Part shown: positions 38,377 to 48,784 of the stretch, one piece after another
How positions within the stretch are numbered: position 1 is the stretch's first letter
Layout of the letters: the number at the start of each line of letters is the position of its first letter
DNA from: Elainellaceae cyanobacterium
Lineage (GTDB): Bacteria; Cyanobacteriota; Cyanobacteriia; CAKZMO01
Direction of reading: 5' to 3'
Assembly (NCBI GenBank): GCA_050331115.1
Contig: JBHJHD010000006.1
Location: 39,522-103,521 of the forward strand
DNA: 64,000 nucleotides
The notes under the pieces: generated by a model
The model's input: only the letters and a program-made list of their open reading frames with translations
What the model was told of the DNA's origin: nothing
Database searches by the model: none
Program-made: the position numbers and the translations under genes

Positions 38377-40347
38377 CTATTGATCCTGCTGCAGCACAGG
38401 GCGCAGCTTGAGGCGCACGGCGATCGCCGTAATATTGTCGTGTCCGTTGTGCTGGTTGGCCAGACCGATGAGGTCAGCCACCCCGCGGTCTAAATTAGTC
38501 TGGGAGCTCAGCAGCGGTTCGAGGTGGCTCTCGTAATGGCGCTCCAGCAGCTCGTTGTCCGTCAATCCATCCGAGGCGAGGATAAACACCGCATCTTCGG
38601 TGACCGGCAAGTACTGGATATCGGGGCGGATAAACTCCTGATTGCGGGGCCCGAGAGCCTGAGTGAGCTGGTAGGCATCCTGGCGCGAGTAGGCCACTTC
38701 TGGATCAATGCCGCGATGGATTTCCCGCTGGCCCACTTCGTGATCGATTGTGAGCTGCTCTAGACCAAACTTGCGGCTCACCCGGTAGATGCGGCTGTCC
38801 CCCACGTGGGCGATCGCCACCTCTAGGCCCTGCACCAAAAGCATCACCAGAGTCGTTCCCATGCGCCGGTTGCCCTGGGCATCGTTCTGCTGGTTTTGCT
38901 CATAGATCGCCTGATTGGCGAGCCGGATGCTCTCGTTCAGGCTACTCTCCATAGGCAGCTGACTCGTCCAGGACTGCAGAGATTTATGCAGCGCTTCTAC
39001 GGCCAGCGAGCTTGCCACCTCCCCAGAGGCGTGCCCGCCCATGCCGTCACAGAGGATATAGAGGCCCTTGGCGCTGCAGGTGCGGCCGCTGGGGGTCTCT
39101 CGCTTTTGAATGTCGGTCTGAATGAAAAAGCAGTCTTCGTTGTGCTTTCGCATCCGGCCCACATCGGTATAGCCCGCGTCGGACAGGCTATAGAGCTGCA
39201 TTGGCAATACGACGGTGGGCAAATCATCGCCATCATCGTCGAACGGACTTTCACTCGCCGTCTCGGTGGATGGAGAGAGCGGGTCCTGTAGGTCTGTTAG
39301 AGGGTTGGGCATCGGGTTGCCCAGCAACGGGTTGGCGAACACCTGGTCACCAGACGACTCTTGATCGTGATTTATTCTCATAGATTCGAGCTGCTGCTTG
39401 AGGCTATTGACGGTAGAAATCTCACCGATCTCAAGGGCCGAAAACAGCTTGTTCAGGTCCGAAAATCGCTCCGAGAATGAACTAAATACTTGTCGCCATA
39501 GCTGACCTAGATTGGCCAGACCGTAGGTCTGACCAGAGACGTTCTGATAAAGTCGCTTAAGACACAAGATTTGGTCTTCGTCTACCCGTAGATTTTCGGG
39601 ACGGAGCAGGCTTTGATGACAGCCATAGGGTGCCAAGAGTTCCCAGAGCTGAACCATGTCGTAAAGCCAGTGCAGCACCTGCTCGCCTACGGCGGCATTC
39701 GCGACCTGGCTCAGCTGAGGAATCTGCTCACGGTTTTCTAGGATAAGGGCGCTGTAGTCATCGCAGCTCCAGGCGTCCTGTACCTGCGGGCAGCAGGGAT
39801 ACAGCTCGTCTTGAAGTAAGAGATGCATGCGCACTAGCCCAGGGAAGGTCGCCAACAGCGCCTCTAAATCATCAGTAGATTCCCCCGAGCTGGCCTCCAT
39901 CAAAGCGATCTCTAGGAAGGGCGACTCCGAAGGCTGGACGTCGACGACCATAACTTCGAGGTCTTCCGGGGCATCCGGCGGAGCCGCTTGGCCCGCGCCA
40001 CGCTCAGCGATCGCCGACTGGACCTGATAGCGATCTGCCAGGTAGGCATCCGGCTGGTTCACCCGGCACGCCAGATCGGCCAGTGGCTTTGCCGCCGGGC
40101 AGTCGCCGTCGACCTCTTGAAGAGGCAGCGCATCCGGCAGCGAAAAGAGTATGGCCAGTCGCAGCGTCGGCTCAACCGGACTGCGGCGATCGCCATTAGG
40201 CTGGGCCTCTCCGACTAAAAGACCGCTCTCGTCGGGCATAGGGCCACCCTGACCCATCGCCTTATTAAACTGTAGATCTGTCCCACAGTTCTGGCAAAGC
40301 ATACTCTGGTCGGGGTTCTCGAACCCGCACTCAGGACAAATAATCAT
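38377..40347 (-). CDS. PP2C-type Ser/Thr phosphatase with N-terminal zinc ribbon and kinase-like middle region
   Basis: CPECG..CQNCG; TDVGRMRKHNED, LCDGMGGH, MGTT, HVGDSR, SDGL, GHDNIT. Confidence 0.92.
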   Translation of the reverse strand: MIICPECGFENPDQSMLCQNCGTDLQFNKAMGQGGPMPDESGLLVGEAQPNGDRRSPVEPTLRLAILFSLPDALPLQEVDGDCPAAKPLADLACRVNQPDAYLADRYQVQSAIAERGAGQAAPPDAPEDLEVMVVDVQPSESPFLEIALMEASSGESTDDLEALLATFPGLVRMHLLLQDELYPCCPQVQDAWSCDDYSALILENREQIPQLSQVANAAVGEQVLHWLYDMVQLWELLAPYGCHQSLLRPENLRVDEDQILCLKRLYQNVSGQTYGLANLGQLWRQVFSSFSERFSDLNKLFSALEIGEISTVNSLKQQLESMRINHDQESSGDQVFANPLLGNPMPNPLTDLQDPLSPSTETASESPFDDDGDDLPTVVLPMQLYSLSDAGYTDVGRMRKHNEDCFFIQTDIQKRETPSGRTCSAKGLYILCDGMGGHASGEVASSLAVEALHKSLQSWTSQLPMESSLNESIRLANQAIYEQNQQNDAQGNRRMGTTLVMLLVQGLEVAIAHVGDSRIYRVSRKFGLEQLTIDHEVGQREIHRGIDPEVAYSRQDAYQLTQALGPRNQEFIRPDIQYLPVTEDAVFILASDGLTDNELLERHYESHLEPLLSSQTNLDRGVADLIGLANQHNGHDNITAIAVRLKLRPVLQQDQ

Positions 40348-40533
40348 TAAGAGGCGTCCTAGTTACCATAGTCATCGTCGCTCTACAGATCATCCGTAGA
40401 TTGAGCTTTAATATCGGTCTAACTTTACTCTTTTGTAGCAAAGAGGCAGTGGGTCAGGATGTTTTCCGCAAGTTTTGACATCTAGCTCTGACATCCTAAG
40501 CTTTGACATCAATAAAGCTTAATACCGGTTAAT

Positions 40534-41241
40534 CTAGCTTAGCCTGTGGCTTTTTTTCCGCCGCGAATCTGCGGAGTGCGGCCCTAAGCCCCGCCGAGCC
40601 AAGGTTTGATGCCTCCAATCTCGCTGACTCAACTTCTGAAGCTCGCCGATCTCCCCTGGGGTCAAGTCTCGCCAGTCTCCGGGCGCTAGAGCGCCAATTT
40701 CGAGATGGGCGATCGCCACGCGGATTAGCCGCAGGGTGGGGAAACCCACGGCCGCCGTCATTCGGCGCACCTGACGGTTGCGTCCCTCGGTAAGCACGAC
40801 TTCTAGCCAGGCCGTTGGCACCGTTTTACGGGAGCGAATCGGCGGGTCGCGGGGCGGCACCTGGGGTGAATCGATGGGGCGAACGGCGGCCGGGCGAGTC
40901 CGGTAATCCTGAATTAATAGACCGCGCCTGAGCTTCTCGATCGCCGGCTCGCCCGGAACGCGCTCAACCTGAACCCAATAGGTCTTGGCGTGGTCAAACT
41001 TGGGATGGGACAGCCGATGCTGCAGTCGTCCATCGCTGGTGAGCAGCAGCAGACCTTCGCTATCGCGATCAAGCCGACCCACGGGGTAAACATCGGCAAC
41101 GGGGACGAACGCGCTCAAGGTACGCCGCCCTGAGGCATCGGTAAATTTTGAAAGCACGTCGTAGGGCTTATTAAATAGAATGTAGCGATGCTTCAGGGCA
41201 AGTCTATTGCCTTTTGCCTTTTTGCCAATGTATGAAGACAT
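40534..41241 (-). CDS. rRNA pseudouridine synthase (RsuA/RluE family)
   Basis: LFNKPYDV, GRLDRDSEGLLLLT, EGRNRQVRRM. Confidence 0.92.
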   Translation of the reverse strand: MSSYIGKKAKGNRLALKHRYILFNKPYDVLSKFTDASGRRTLSAFVPVADVYPVGRLDRDSEGLLLLTSDGRLQHRLSHPKFDHAKTYWVQVERVPGEPAIEKLRRGLLIQDYRTRPAAVRPIDSPQVPPRDPPIRSRKTVPTAWLEVVLTEGRNRQVRRMTAAVGFPTLRLIRVAIAHLEIGALAPGDWRDLTPGEIGELQKLSQRDWRHQTLARRGLGPHSADSRRKKSHRLS

Positions 41242-41347
41242 GTATCGACTCTATTAAGAAGAGCTTAGCGATCGCCCTAACCGCTGAATAGAGCTTCTAC
41301 CCTAGAACTATTCCGAAACAACTGGCTAGAATGGCAGCTTTGTCACC

Positions 41348-41659
41348 ATGAGCATAAACAATTTTCAGCGTTACCGCATGATTTGCACCCTCTCTTTCGG
41401 GGACATCTATGGCCAAATCATTATTTGGCTGCTGGTAATTTTTCTAAGCTTGGCCGCTGCCCTAGCCCTAATGGGAACCAGCCGCCCTATCTACGCCTTG
41501 ACGACCGTAGGCTTGATTCTCGTCCTGTCCTTACCGTTCCTGCTGTTTGCGTTTGTCACCACGCTGCTCAACCACATCGAGTTTAAGGCAGTAGATGAGC
41601 AAAACGCCTCATCAGCTAAGGCCGTTCGCTCGGGGCAAACCGCTAAAGCCATCAGCTAA
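41348..41659 (+). CDS. Small hydrophobic (about 2 TM) hypothetical protein
   Basis: CTLSFGDIYGQII followed by two hydrophobic stretches; stop overlaps the sdhA start (TAATG). Confidence 0.75.
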   Translation: MSINNFQRYRMICTLSFGDIYGQIIIWLLVIFLSLAAALALMGTSRPIYALTTVGLILVLSLPFLLFAFVTTLLNHIEFKAVDEQNASSAKAVRSGQTAKAIS

Positions 41660-43386
41660 TGATCGACCACGATGTTATTATTGTCGGCGGCGGCCTGGCG
41701 GGGTCGCGGGCGGCACTGGAAATCTCGCGCTGTGCCCCGAATCTAAGCGTCGCCCTAGTTGCCAAAACCCATCCGATTCGCTCCCACTCGGTTGCCGCCC
41801 AAGGCGGGATGGCGGCGTCGCTGAAAAATGTGGACAGCGACGACACCTGGGAAGCCCACGCCTTCGATACCGTCAAGGGCTCAGACTACCTAGCTGACCA
41901 AGACGCCGTCGCCATTTTGACCCAGAGCGCCCCCGGCGTGGTTATCGATCTAGAGCGCATGGGGGTGCTGTTTTCTCGGCTGCCGGACGGGCGGGTTGCG
42001 CAGCGGGCCTTCGGGGGCCACAGCTACCGACGCACCTGCTACGCCGCCGATAAGACAGGCCACGCCATTCTTCACGAGCTGATTTGTAATCTGCGCCGCA
42101 ACGGCGTCGTGCTCTACGACGAGTGGTACGTGATGCGGCTGATTCTAGACGAGGAGCAGGCGAAGGGCGTCGTCATGTACCACATTCGGGACGGCGAGCT
42201 CGCCGTAATGCGGGCCAAGGCCGTTCTGTTTGCCACGGGCGGATATGGACGCACCTACAACACCACGTCCAACGACTATGCCTCCACCGGAGATGGCCTA
42301 GCGATGACGGCGGCCGCAGGGCTTCCCCTAGAAGATATGGAGTTTGTTCAGTTTCACCCCACGGGGCTTTTCCCGGCGGGGGTACTGGTGTCGGAAGCGG
42401 TGCGGGGGGAGGGCGCTTATTTAATCAACAGCGAAGGCGATCGCTTCATGGCTCACTACGCCCCCAAGCAAATGGAGCTGGCCCCGCGAGACATCACCTC
42501 ACGCGCGATCATTAAAGAAATTCGCGCCGGGCGAGGCCTCACCGCCGACGGCGCGCCGGGAGGAACCTGCGTTCACCTTGACGTGCGCCACCTAGGTCAG
42601 CAGCAGATTATGGACCGAATTCCCTTTTGCTGGGAGGAGGCCCATCGCCTTTTGGGCGTAGATGCCGTACATCAGCCTATCCCCGTGCGGCCTACGGCCC
42701 ACTACTCCATGGGAGGCATTCCTGTCACCACCGAGGGGCAGGTGCGCCGCAGCGCTAGCCAGGTGGTAGAAGGCTTTTTTGCCGCCGGGGAGAGCGCCTG
42801 CGTCTCCGTCCACGGCGCCAACCGCCTGGGCAGCAACTCACTGCTAGAATGCGTGGTCTACGGTCAGCGGGTCGGGGCAGCGATCGCCCGCTATACCGAA
42901 ACCCGCAAGCGGCCCGAGGTGGATGAGGAACGCTACCTATCCCAAGCCCGACAGGTGCTCACATCCTTACTAGACCAGAGCGGGCCCTACCGCATTGGCG
43001 AGGTCCGACAGGCGTTCCAAGACTGCATGAGCGAGCACTGCAGCGTATTCCGCACTGAGGAAACGATTCAGCTTGGGCTCTCGCGACTCGAGGCGATTAA
43101 GGCTCAGCTGGGGCAGATTCGCCTCGACGACAAGCAGCTGCTGTGGAACACCGAGCTCACGGAGGCGATGGAGTTGGGTAACTTGATTCGGGTGGGGGAA
43201 ATTATCATGACCTCAGCGCTAGCGCGTCGGGAGAGCCGTGGGGCCCACAGCCGGGAGGACTATCCTCAGCGGAACGACGACGACTTCCTGCAGCATACGC
43301 TGGCCTACGCCTCCCAAAGCGGCGTTGATATTCAGTACATGCCGGTGGTCGTCGACCGGTTTCCGCCCCAGGAACGAAAATACTAG
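41659..43386 (+). CDS. sdhA: Succinate dehydrogenase/fumarate reductase flavoprotein subunit
   Basis: GGGLAG, RSHSVAAQGG (covalent FAD His), QFHPTG, HYSMGG, HGANRLGSNSL. Confidence 0.95.
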   Translation: MIDHDVIIVGGGLAGSRAALEISRCAPNLSVALVAKTHPIRSHSVAAQGGMAASLKNVDSDDTWEAHAFDTVKGSDYLADQDAVAILTQSAPGVVIDLERMGVLFSRLPDGRVAQRAFGGHSYRRTCYAADKTGHAILHELICNLRRNGVVLYDEWYVMRLILDEEQAKGVVMYHIRDGELAVMRAKAVLFATGGYGRTYNTTSNDYASTGDGLAMTAAAGLPLEDMEFVQFHPTGLFPAGVLVSEAVRGEGAYLINSEGDRFMAHYAPKQMELAPRDITSRAIIKEIRAGRGLTADGAPGGTCVHLDVRHLGQQQIMDRIPFCWEEAHRLLGVDAVHQPIPVRPTAHYSMGGIPVTTEGQVRRSASQVVEGFFAAGESACVSVHGANRLGSNSLLECVVYGQRVGAAIARYTETRKRPEVDEERYLSQARQVLTSLLDQSGPYRIGEVRQAFQDCMSEHCSVFRTEETIQLGLSRLEAIKAQLGQIRLDDKQLLWNTELTEAMELGNLIRVGEIIMTSALARRESRGAHSREDYPQRNDDDFLQHTLAYASQSGVDIQYMPVVVDRFPPQERKY

Positions 43387-43398
43387 GGGCCAGGGGGG

Positions 43399-43450
43399 CA
43401 GTAAGGGGCCCCAGTAAGGGGGGCCAGTGAGGGAGCCCAGCAGGGATAGA
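43399..43450. repeat. 13-bp period minisatellite between convergent genes
   Basis: CAGTAAGGGGCCC / CAGTAAGGGGGGC / CAGTGAGGGAGCC / CAGCAGGGATAGA. Confidence 0.6.
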
Positions 43451-43474
43451 GGCGCTGCCCCTATTTGACCTCCC

Positions 43475-44539
43475 CTATTCGACCTGGAAACTACCCTCGC
43501 TATTGTCGTAGCCCACCACCACCCCATTCCGTAGATCAACCGTGCTGCTGCCGTAGTAGAGTACCTCTCTGCACAGGGAATCGCGGCGCTGAATTTGAGT
43601 CGGCGTTTGCTGAGCCTGAAACACCTCGCTCCGAGACGAGCCAACGCTCCAGCTTTGGGCAGACGCGACATCATCGGCGTTCAGAACGGGCTCGACCGAA
43701 ACGCTCAGACTTTGGTCGAAATTGCTGTAGGCTATGACCCGATCTTGGCGAAGCTCTACAACGTCGTTGCCGTAGTAAAGCAGCTCCATATCGAGAGACT
43801 CATAGCTGTTGACGCGATCCGGCACCCCCTGAATGGCATATACCGTCTCCTTGGGAGACCCCAGCGTCCAGATATTTTCTTCCTCGGTAAGCTGCTGGGC
43901 AACTACCGTCTCTAGGGACGAGGCCTGGAGGTTGTTGTCTATGTTCTTGTAGTGGACTACTGCACCATGCGCGAGCTCTATCTGGCTGTTACCGTAGTAC
44001 AAAATCTCCCTGCACTGAGTGCCAAGCGGAATTGCGCGCGAGGGTGGTCCCTCAACTGCGGTGACCAGCTCTCGGATAGACCCCACTGACCAAACGCTCA
44101 CCGTACCGGCTTTGGCAGGGTAGGTGACCGTATTGCCTTGGGCATAGGTCAGATTGCGCTGATATTCGTCTACCTTACTTTGCGCCAGCGCGTAGCTCTG
44201 ATTTTCGGCCGGCACGGCCTGCATCATGTCGATGGCTTCTTGCCACAGCGTTGCCACAGCATGCCACTCCTCACGGAACTTAGCGGACTGGGTCAGCTCT
44301 GCTGCCGCCATGGCCTGATTGACGGCTTTGCGGAAGCTCTCTGAAGTCTTCTGCTGCGGCTGCGACAGAAACCCAACGTCCGCCGGCAAGCGATGGGTAA
44401 CTAGCGCCGCTGCAATGACCAAACTCATCATGATCATCCCCGGAGCGGCCAAGCTCTCTCGCCGAGCGATGGCGCGGCGGCTGGTCCACTGCGGATTAGA
44501 AGGCTCTAAATTCGTCTGCGATCGCGCTCGTTGTCCCAT
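43475..44539 (-). CDS. Membrane-anchored hypothetical protein with a helical domain and three tandem repeats of about 75 aa
   Basis: TM segment, FRKAVNQAMAAAELTQ helical region, three W(S/T)xGS...xxYYG repeats. Confidence 0.8.
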   Translation of the reverse strand: MGQRARSQTNLEPSNPQWTSRRAIARRESLAAPGMIMMSLVIAAALVTHRLPADVGFLSQPQQKTSESFRKAVNQAMAAAELTQSAKFREEWHAVATLWQEAIDMMQAVPAENQSYALAQSKVDEYQRNLTYAQGNTVTYPAKAGTVSVWSVGSIRELVTAVEGPPSRAIPLGTQCREILYYGNSQIELAHGAVVHYKNIDNNLQASSLETVVAQQLTEEENIWTLGSPKETVYAIQGVPDRVNSYESLDMELLYYGNDVVELRQDRVIAYSNFDQSLSVSVEPVLNADDVASAQSWSVGSSRSEVFQAQQTPTQIQRRDSLCREVLYYGSSTVDLRNGVVVGYDNSEGSFQVE

Positions 44540-45352
44540 AGGTTAAACCGTTGCATTCGTACACCACTGACCGCATTACGGACGCCCAGATGCCAAACAT
44601 GACTAATTCAGCACTTTGCGGCGCGATCGCCTAAATCGCCTAAATTGTCCGGACCCCGCCCTTATTAAAGCGAATACCATTCCTATCTGCAGCCAGCACC
44701 GAGGATGAATTGAGCACAAATTAATACGCTATATGCCAAAACGAATGCCGAAATCAGCAAGCGACTCACATAAGAACTGCTTATGATTGAGCAGCTCACG
44801 CAAGATTCGTCGATCCCGCGTCCGTCAGGACTCAAACCTGATTTAGACTAGTCAATCCTACAGCCAATTGCTAGTCATCCTGGGCCATTACTCACAAAAT
44901 CTAAATCTTTTGTCAAGCTCTGTAAAGCCTCTGCAAAGTCTTGCCTTTTATGATCAATTCAGGAACTGTCGCGATATGTCCGAGCATATCCGGAATCCGA
45001 GGCATTAATCTTTGAATTATTGACCGCCGCTGCGTTTGTCCTCAGTTAGTTCAAGGCCCACCTGGGGAATACTGAATCGCGACCCTCACAAGGGGCACTC
45101 ACGAGGGTCAGCAAATTGATAGAAGAACCCCTGCAGCGGGAATAGACGCTACGAGTTTAGTGACACCCCCCTATACGTAGAGGCTAAGATGAGAAGGCGC
45201 ATTAGCGTTTGCTGCTTCCAGCATCGCGTGGCCTCCCCTCACCCCATCAATAGGCCCTAGGCTAGCCCAAACCGCGATCGCCCCAGCGCATTTGGTCCCT
45301 CAGCTACATTGGCCGCATCATCGCTCCCCAGCTGCCCTTTATCACACACCCC

Positions 45353-46750
45353 TTGATGACCCACTTGCCACTTGCTCATCTTGCCCGGATCATTGCCGCT
45401 GGTAGCGCCGCTATCACTGTTGCAGCCGGTATTGGCCCGACCTCACTAAGCCTGGCGCTGACCGCTGCGGAGGCGACAGCGGCAGAAACAGCACCCTCTG
45501 AGACAGCGCCAGAGACGGCAGCGCCAGAAGCATCGACATCCTCATTAGTAGACAGCCCTAAAGCGGTCTTAGACGAGGCCTGGCAGATCGTCAACCGCGA
45601 CTATGTCGATCCCAACTTCAATCAGACCGACTGGCAAGCGATGCGAGAGCGCCTGCTCGGACGAGACTACGCCTCCTTGGAGACTGCCTACGCCGCCCTC
45701 AAACGCGCCTTAGGAACGCTTGACGATCCTTACACCAGGTTTATGGACCCGCAGCAGTACGCCGAGCTTACAAGCCAGACCTCCGGGGAGTTCTCGGGGA
45801 TCGGGCTGCAGCTCCAGGTTCATCCGGTTACGGGACAGCTCACCGTCCTCATGCCCCTCGAAGAATCTCCTGCTAGGGAAGCGGGCATTCAGGCAGGCGA
45901 TCGCATTTTAACTATTGAAGGGCGCTCCACCGAAGGTATGGGGGTCGAGGGCGCAGCCCGTATGATTCGTGGGGAAGCCGGTACGTCTGTCGCGCTGGAG
46001 ATTGAGCGGGGCGGACTGGGGAGCGGCCAGCAGTTTGAAGTTTCGGTGGCCCGGGCGATTCTGGAGGTACCCGCCGTTACCTCGGCCCTGCGCCTAGAGC
46101 AGGATGCCCAAGTCGGCTACGTTTATCTGAGTGAATTCAGCGCCCACGCCGCTGAGCAAATGCATCAGGCTATTGCGAGGCTGCTAGACCAGGGGGCAGA
46201 CGCCTTTGTGCTCGACCTGCGCGGGAATCCAGGCGGACTGCTCCAGTCCAGCATTGATATTTCCCGCATGTGGCTCGACGAGGGCATCATTGTGCAGACG
46301 GTAGATCGAAACGGCGTCAGCGAAGACACCTACGCCAACGACACGGCGCTCACAGACCTGCCGCTGGCCGTACTTGTTGACGAGAAGTCGGCGAGCTCGA
46401 GCGAAATTTTAACTGGGGCGCTGCAGGACAATGATCGCGCTCTGGTTCTGGGAACCAAAACCTTTGGCAAGGCGCTAGTGCAGGCCGTACATGAGCTAGC
46501 GGACGGGTCGGGTCTGGCCGTTACCGTGGCCAACTACTACACCCCCAAAGGAACCGACATCAGCGATCGCGGCATTACGCCGTCGATTGAGCTAGCGCTG
46601 ACGGCGTCCCAGCGCCGCAGCCTCTCGACCAACCCCGACCAGTGGGGCACCTCAGCCGATCCTTACTATCGAGAAGCGGTGACGGTGCTGCGGCCCGCCA
46701 TCTTGGCCAACGGGCCACAAACCGAGCTGTCGCGATCGCTGGTGGACTAG
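45353..46750 (+). CDS. S41 C-terminal processing peptidase (Ctp paralogue) with PDZ domain
   Basis: LDDPYTRF, GIGLQL, DLRGNPGGLL, SASSSEI (Ser), TFGKALVQ (Lys). Confidence 0.93.
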   Translation: MMTHLPLAHLARIIAAGSAAITVAAGIGPTSLSLALTAAEATAAETAPSETAPETAAPEASTSSLVDSPKAVLDEAWQIVNRDYVDPNFNQTDWQAMRERLLGRDYASLETAYAALKRALGTLDDPYTRFMDPQQYAELTSQTSGEFSGIGLQLQVHPVTGQLTVLMPLEESPAREAGIQAGDRILTIEGRSTEGMGVEGAARMIRGEAGTSVALEIERGGLGSGQQFEVSVARAILEVPAVTSALRLEQDAQVGYVYLSEFSAHAAEQMHQAIARLLDQGADAFVLDLRGNPGGLLQSSIDISRMWLDEGIIVQTVDRNGVSEDTYANDTALTDLPLAVLVDEKSASSSEILTGALQDNDRALVLGTKTFGKALVQAVHELADGSGLAVTVANYYTPKGTDISDRGITPSIELALTASQRRSLSTNPDQWGTSADPYYREAVTVLRPAILANGPQTELSRSLVD

Positions 46751-46838
46751 CTTTGGTGCGGCGTGGGTCGTCAAGGAATATGCGGCATAGCGGCTCAGGG
46801 CGCACGGCTGTACGCCCTAGCGTGAGCGGCAGCGGCAC

Positions 46839-47177
46839 CTAGGCTTTGCTAAACTCGAGCCCGTTCTCTTTACCGTATCGCTCCATGAAGCGCATAAAGC
46901 GATCCCAGTCTTCCACGCTTTTAATGGCGTAAACCGCTTCAATAGCAGAGGGTTGGCCGTTGACGAACTTACCGTTCACCTCCCGCGTGGAAAGCTGTCC
47001 CTCTTCGTCGATGAGGTACATGCCGGTAATGTCGTCCATACCTCCGTCGGTCAACACCTTGGGATTGTCGAAGTAAAAGGTCGCCGTTCCATCACTACCG
47101 TCCTTGGCACGAGTCAAACGGATGTCAGGAACCGTATCTTCGGGTGCCCCCCCTAGGGAAAACTGAATTCTCGCCAT
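46839..47177 (-). CDS. psb28: Photosystem II assembly factor Psb28
   Basis: ARIQFSLG...[20 protein letters not shown]...[11 protein letters not shown]. Confidence 0.95.
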   Translation of the reverse strand: MARIQFSLGGAPEDTVPDIRLTRAKDGSDGTATFYFDNPKVLTDGGMDDITGMYLIDEEGQLSTREVNGKFVNGQPSAIEAVYAIKSVEDWDRFMRFMERYGKENGLEFSKA

Positions 47178-47266
47178 GGCTATTTATTTCACTATCCTAA
47201 AAAAGCTATTTCTCCATCATCCCACGTTAGGGCCGGAATCTTGCTGCACACTGCGCCCAGGAGGCG

Positions 47267-48784
47267 CTAAGGCGGCACTACAATAAACGGCGAGGCGACC
47301 GGCGACACTTGGTTTCGAAGCACTAGGCCCTGGTAGACGATCACCGATATCTCCGCGCGGGTGATGGATCTCAGCGGCTCTAGAAACTCGGGGCGAGGAT
47401 GGTTGACCACCAGGCGACTTTGGGTCACCGCCGCCGTCGCCGCCGTCGCCCAGCTGGGAATCTCGGCGCGATCGCGGTAGAGGCTGAGGAGATCTAGCGT
47501 GCCGCCAGCAAGCTGCAGCCCGCTGTTGAGGGCGAGCAGAGTCTGCAAACGGGTGAGGGAGGCATTGGGGCGAAACGTGCCGTCGGGAAAGCCGGTGATG
47601 AAACCCTGGCGCGTAGCCTGTTGAATAGCGTCCCGCGCCCAAAACCCGGTGCCAACGTCGCCGAACGGCTGCGGTGCACGGCGGATAGGCACATCGAAAG
47701 CTCTGGTCAGCAAGACGGCATACTGGGCCCTCGTCAGCGGGTCGCGGGGGCGAAAGGTGCCGTCGGGGAAGCCGCGAATGACCCCGCGCTCCACCAGCGC
47801 CGCGATGAAGGGCCGCGCCCAGGAGTCGAGGATATCGGGAAAGGGGGCCGGCCCTTCATTGGTCTCTGTGGTCGGGCTCGGGGGCGAGGCGATCGCCCTT
47901 ACGGGCGGGGGAAGCTGAACCGCCTCAAAAACGACAGAGCCGCTGACGCGAGCCGGGTTGAGCTGATTACCCGCCGAGGTAATCACGCTGGCGCTGGTAT
48001 TTTGAACGTCAAAGCGGCCGCTGGCCTCAAAGGTATTGCCGCCCGGGCTTTGGTCATCCCCCAAGTCAGGCTTCGCCTGGTCAAGCACCGTCAGCCCATC
48101 GGCGCGGTTGCTCAGAATTTGGTTGTTCCGCAAGACGGGGCAGGCGGCCCGAGACAGCACGCAGCCAGAGCGGTTTTCAATCAGCCGGTTACCAATGACG
48201 AGGGGCGCGGCGCTATCGCTGATGGCGATGCCGAAGCCAGTGTTGCGGCAGAGGTTTTGCCGCAGCTCGCCTTTAGCCTGGCGCATTAGAAACACGCCGC
48301 TGGCGCTGTTGCCCTCAAACACCGAGTTGGCAATCAGCGGCTGCCCCGTCCCTAATGCAAAAATCCCTTCCCGGCGGCAGCCCTGGAAGCGGCAGCTTTG
48401 AATCGTGGGGCTGGTCGATTCAATCCAGACCCCAGTTCCGTTAGCTTCGGGATTGGTCACCGTCACCCCCACGAGCACCGCCCCGTCCTCTAGCACCAGG
48501 GTCACAGACTGGACGCCAAAGGCAGGGCTACTGTGGCGACCGCCCCCGCGGATGAGAATTTTTTGGGCTTGGGCCGCGTCCCCCAGCAGCCTGACTCGCC
48601 GAGGGACGCGAAGGGCAAAGGGCTCAGCGCTGTAGGTTCCAGGCGTCAGCTGCAGGGTGTCCCCTGCTCCGATTTGCGTCAGCCCGTGGGCAATGGTGCG
48701 AAAGGGATCGTCAGAGAGTCCAGAACCGCGATCGCGTCCTCGAATCGGATCGACGTAGCGCGTCAATGCCAAAGACTGAACCAT
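47267..48784 (-). CDS. DUF1565 beta-helix protein with C-terminal S-layer homology domains
   Basis: YVDP..G.D..SG..DDPFRTI; parallel beta-helix repeats; GFPDGTFRP SLH motifs. Confidence 0.9.
   Translation of the reverse strand: MVQSLALTRYVDPIRGRDRGSGLSDDPFRTIAHGLTQIGAGDTLQLTPGTYSAEPFALRVPRRVRLLGDAAQAQKILIRGGGRHSSPAFGVQSVTLVLEDGAVLVGVTVTNPEANGTGVWIESTSPTIQSCRFQGCRREGIFALGTGQPLIANSVFEGNSASGVFLMRQAKGELRQNLCRNTGFGIAISDSAAPLVIGNRLIENRSGCVLSRAACPVLRNNQILSNRADGLTVLDQAKPDLGDDQSPGGNTFEASGRFDVQNTSASVITSAGNQLNPARVSGSVVFEAVQLPPPVRAIASPPSPTTETNEGPAPFPDILDSWARPFIAALVERGVIRGFPDGTFRPRDPLTRAQYAVLLTRAFDVPIRRAPQPFGDVGTGFWARDAIQQATRQGFITGFPDGTFRPNASLTRLQTLLALNSGLQLAGGTLDLLSLYRDRAEIPSWATAATAAVTQSRLVVNHPRPEFLEPLRSITRAEISVIVYQGLVLRNQVSPVASPFIVVPP

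Noticed and set aside
44540-45352. Riboswitch or sRNA in the 810-bp divergent intergenic region (hairpin GACCCTC...GAGGGTC near 45080-45109)
   Set aside because: No match by eye to c-di-AMP, c-di-GMP, cobalamin, glutamine or Yfr motifs; an Rfam/Infernal scan would be needed.
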